From Dehalococcoidia bacterium (GTDB taxonomy: Bacteria; Chloroflexota; Dehalococcoidia; SZUA-161): a stretch of DNA of 34,210 nucleotides. Made by a program: the position numbers and the translations under genes. Positions 32,271 through 34,210 of this stretch are shown piece after piece. The notes under the pieces were generated by a model. The model searched no databases. It saw only the letters and a program-made list of their open reading frames with translations, and had not been told where the DNA came from. Every line of letters starts with the position of its first letter. The stretch's first letter is position 1. The stretch lies in NCBI GenBank assembly GCA_036446335.1, contig JAZFSU010000142.1, positions 1 through 34,210 on the forward strand, read 5' to 3'.

Positions 32271-32299
32271 AGTATACTGGAACCCCTGCGCCATGTCAA
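32271..32299 (-). promoter_or_regulatory. Near-consensus sigma70 promoter of the str/S10 superoperon
   Basis: Minus strand TTGACA (32299-32294), 17 bp, TATACT (32276-32271); 39 nt upstream of rpsL. Confidence 0.85.
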
Positions 32300-32392
32300 T
32301 AGTGTGCGGCGAGATTGTCGCCAGATTGTGCCAAAGCTGGATGACAACCACCCGGAGTTGCAGACCGCTCTGGCTGTGCCCATACTGGGGCC

Positions 32393-32976
32393 ATGCTGGG
32401 AAACGGCGCGCTCACTAGGCTGGGAGCAAGACCTATAGCGAAGGTACGGGACAAGGCTTCATTGCTGGCCGCTGGATTCGCCTTCTACAGTCTCTACTAT
32501 CGCCATCTATTGAGAGCCTGCCTTGAAGATCTAAGCCTGTCTCGTCCAGGATCGTTCTTGAGCTCTCTCCGAATGACCTGGCTGGTCCGCAAGGTCAGAG
32601 GACACACGGCCGTGTTCGTGCCTCGGTTGGTCGCCCTCTACAAGCTGTCCAAGAAAATCGACTCCACATCGACGCAGACTGGTATGCAAGCGTGAAGCCG
32701 TGCCTTGAGAAGTTCTGCGACAGTGTCCAGCCCGGTGGCTTTGTTGTCATCGATGGCTACGGCTACTGGGAGGGCTGCATGAGGGCGACAGACGGGTTCC
32801 TAGATGGAAGAGCCATCAACGCCGAGATGACCAAAGTCGACTACACGGGTCGCTACTTCCAGAAGCCTGCGGTCCCGAAAGCAGGTCGCGATGGGCTGGG
32901 AGACTCGTGCCGCCTCCTTGTGAAACAGGAACCCGACGTGGCCGTACGCAGCAGCCCAAGCATCAGTCAATCCTGA
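32393..32976 (+). pseudogene. TylF/MycF/NovP-family O-methyltransferase remnant with internal deletion and frameshift
   Basis: The N-terminal-like segment (KVRGHT....RL.ALY.L...ID) joins at ~32661, in another frame, the C-terminal LHIDADWYASV...L....PGGFVVIDGYGYWEGC..A.D.F. The central SAM-binding motif is absent and DDYG is degraded to DGYG. Start uncertain. Confidence 0.7.
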
Positions 32977-33247
32977 GCCTTCTGTAGAGCACGCGACATT
33001 GGTCTCGCGCAGTAACCATCCTTAGGGCAATTACACTCCGGCGTCCCGGACTGCGCCAAGCGAGAAGCCAAGCTGCGTAGCGGTGCTGCAGTATCCCATA
33101 GCCGCTCCAGCCGCCGCTGCCTGCACACGTACCCGACAGACCAGTATCCAACCTGTGCGCGACACGAACTGGCTGCGCCTTCGGAAGTCCCTTCAACACC
33201 TTCCACCAGTACTATTTTCCTATCTCGACCCACCAGAAAGAGCTATT

Positions 33248-33303
33248 GTATACCGAACGGTACGTCTGCTAATGTTTGGGCGGAATAGTAACGTTCCGTA
33301 TAC
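33248..33303. repeat. Imperfect 16-bp inverted repeat (operator pair or RNA hairpin)
   Basis: GTATACCGAACGGTAC (33248-33263) versus the reverse complement of 33288-33303, GTATACGGAACGTTAC: 14/16 match, 24-bp spacer. Confidence 0.6.
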
Positions 33304-33530
33304 CTCGCCACGGAGCAGACGACGGATGGCGAGAAAAACAAGATCAGGAGGCACCCGGAATGACGCTGAACACTCGTGAGCACAGTGAGTATCGAGCTTC
33401 AGCTTCTCCGGTGTGCGGCAGCCAGAGAAACGCGATAGTGGCGTAGCATCAGTGACAACGTGGCACGCCACGCCTGCGCTGACAGGCCGCTGCCCACGCG
33501 TCCATCAAATCTAATGCTAGGAGGTCTGAA

Positions 33531-33959
33531 GTGAGTGAGCAGAAGGGAACAGTTCTTGTAGTCGACGACGATCAGGCGGTCAGGAGCGTCGTTTCCAGGA
33601 AGATGCAGGGGGACGGCTACACCTGCACAACCGCGGCCGATGGCAGAGAGGCCCTGGACAAAACAGCCACGCAGAGCTTCGATGTGGTGCTCCTGGACAT
33701 AAAGATGCCAGGCCCCTCGGGCATGGAAGTGCTTCCTCAAATCGTCGCCCAGCACCAAGACACCTGTGTGATCATGATAACAGCTGTCGTCGACACGCAA
33801 ACGGCTGTCGAAGCCATGAAACTGGGAGCGTTTGACTACGTGACGAAACCGTTCAACCTGGATGACCTCGGCATCAGGGTAGAGAAGGCCCTTGAGAGAA
33901 AGAAGCTGGTCAAAGAGAACAGGGACTTCCAACTCCAGCAACAGAGCGCAGACAACTAG
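33531..33959 (+). CDS. Response regulator receiver domain with linker helix only, no output domain
   Basis: VLVVDDD, LLDIKMPG (phospho-Asp), MITA, GAFDYVTKPF, then ALERKKLVKENRDFQ; AGGAGGT RBS, GTG start. Confidence 0.9.
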   Translation: MSEQKGTVLVVDDDQAVRSVVSRKMQGDGYTCTTAADGREALDKTATQSFDVVLLDIKMPGPSGMEVLPQIVAQHQDTCVIMITAVVDTQTAVEAMKLGAFDYVTKPFNLDDLGIRVEKALERKKLVKENRDFQLQQQSADN

Positions 33960-33978
33960 GAAAGCCCCCGGCAGCCAT

Positions 33979-34210
33979 CTCATAGAATGGCTGAGGCAAA
34001 CAAAGCGTTTGCCCATTACAGGGGGTAAAAGAGACTGATGAGCACTACAGTTGGCGGTAGCAGGGTGAGTAACAAAGGTTGTCCGGCGGAGAGGAAGCGG
34101 CTCATGGCACAACCGTTGCCGTTGGAGCAAGTAAGGAACATCGGGATAATAGCCCACATTGACGCTGGGAAGACCACCGTCACCGAGCATATTCTGTATT
34201 TCACCGGGCG
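33979..34210 (+). repeat. Copy B: inverted duplicate of the last ~15 rpsG codons, the spacer and the fusA start
   Basis: ~94% identical to the reverse complement of 31065-31295; the last 68 nt are identical; runs off the window. Confidence 0.95.
34104..34210 (+). CDS. fusA: Second elongation factor G copy, N-terminal fragment (continues beyond window)
   Basis: [35 protein letters not shown]...; open frame with no stop; in-frame upstream ATG at 34038. Completeness cannot be judged. Confidence 0.75.
   Translation, partial: MAQPLPLEQVRNIGIIAHIDAGKTTVTEHILYFTG

Noticed and set aside
32963-33471. Several short overlapping ORFs (78-98 aa) between the TylF remnant and the receiver gene
   Set aside because: No recognisable motifs, no convincing RBS and mutually overlapping; treated as non-coding or decayed sequence.
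33399-34190. 263-aa minus-strand ORF
   Set aside because: Antisense shadow of the fusA copy and the receiver gene; its N-terminus mirrors the shadow ORF at 30917-31258.
31065-34210. DGR-like template/variable repeat pair (8 of 13 differences are A in copy B versus G in copy A)
   Set aside because: Five differences are not at copy-B adenines, almost all are transitions, no reverse transcriptase is present and the target is a core gene. Ordinary drift explains it.

Overview
GC-rich bacterial core-genome segment, most likely Chloroflexota (Dehalococcoidia-like). This rests on gene order and signatures (MetK N-terminus [10 protein letters not shown]2 [11 protein letters not shown], no tuf between fusA and rpsJ), not on a database search. 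Left arm (+ strand): a 5'-truncated RAYT/Y1 transposase with REP-like GTAG hairpins, then a SAM/methionine-cycle cluster (mtnP, catalytic-domain-only 'core' MetE, ahcY, metK). The cluster is interrupted by two tandem SCP2-type thiolase + DUF35 modules and an unannotated 34-aa basic ORF, and is followed by GDP-mannose pathway genes. Middle (- strand): a fused ~20 kb str-S10-spc-alpha-truA-rplM-rpsI superoperon with a near-consensus promoter and an intrinsic terminator. Right end: an internally deleted TylF-type methyltransferase pseudogene, a stand-alone receiver-domain protein and a ~94% identical inverted copy of the rpsG-3'/fusA-5' junction that starts a second EF-G and runs off the window. 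Best leads: the riboswitch-like leader of ahcY-metK, the inverted fusA duplication flanking the str promoter, the thiolase/DUF35 insertion and the small basic protein.
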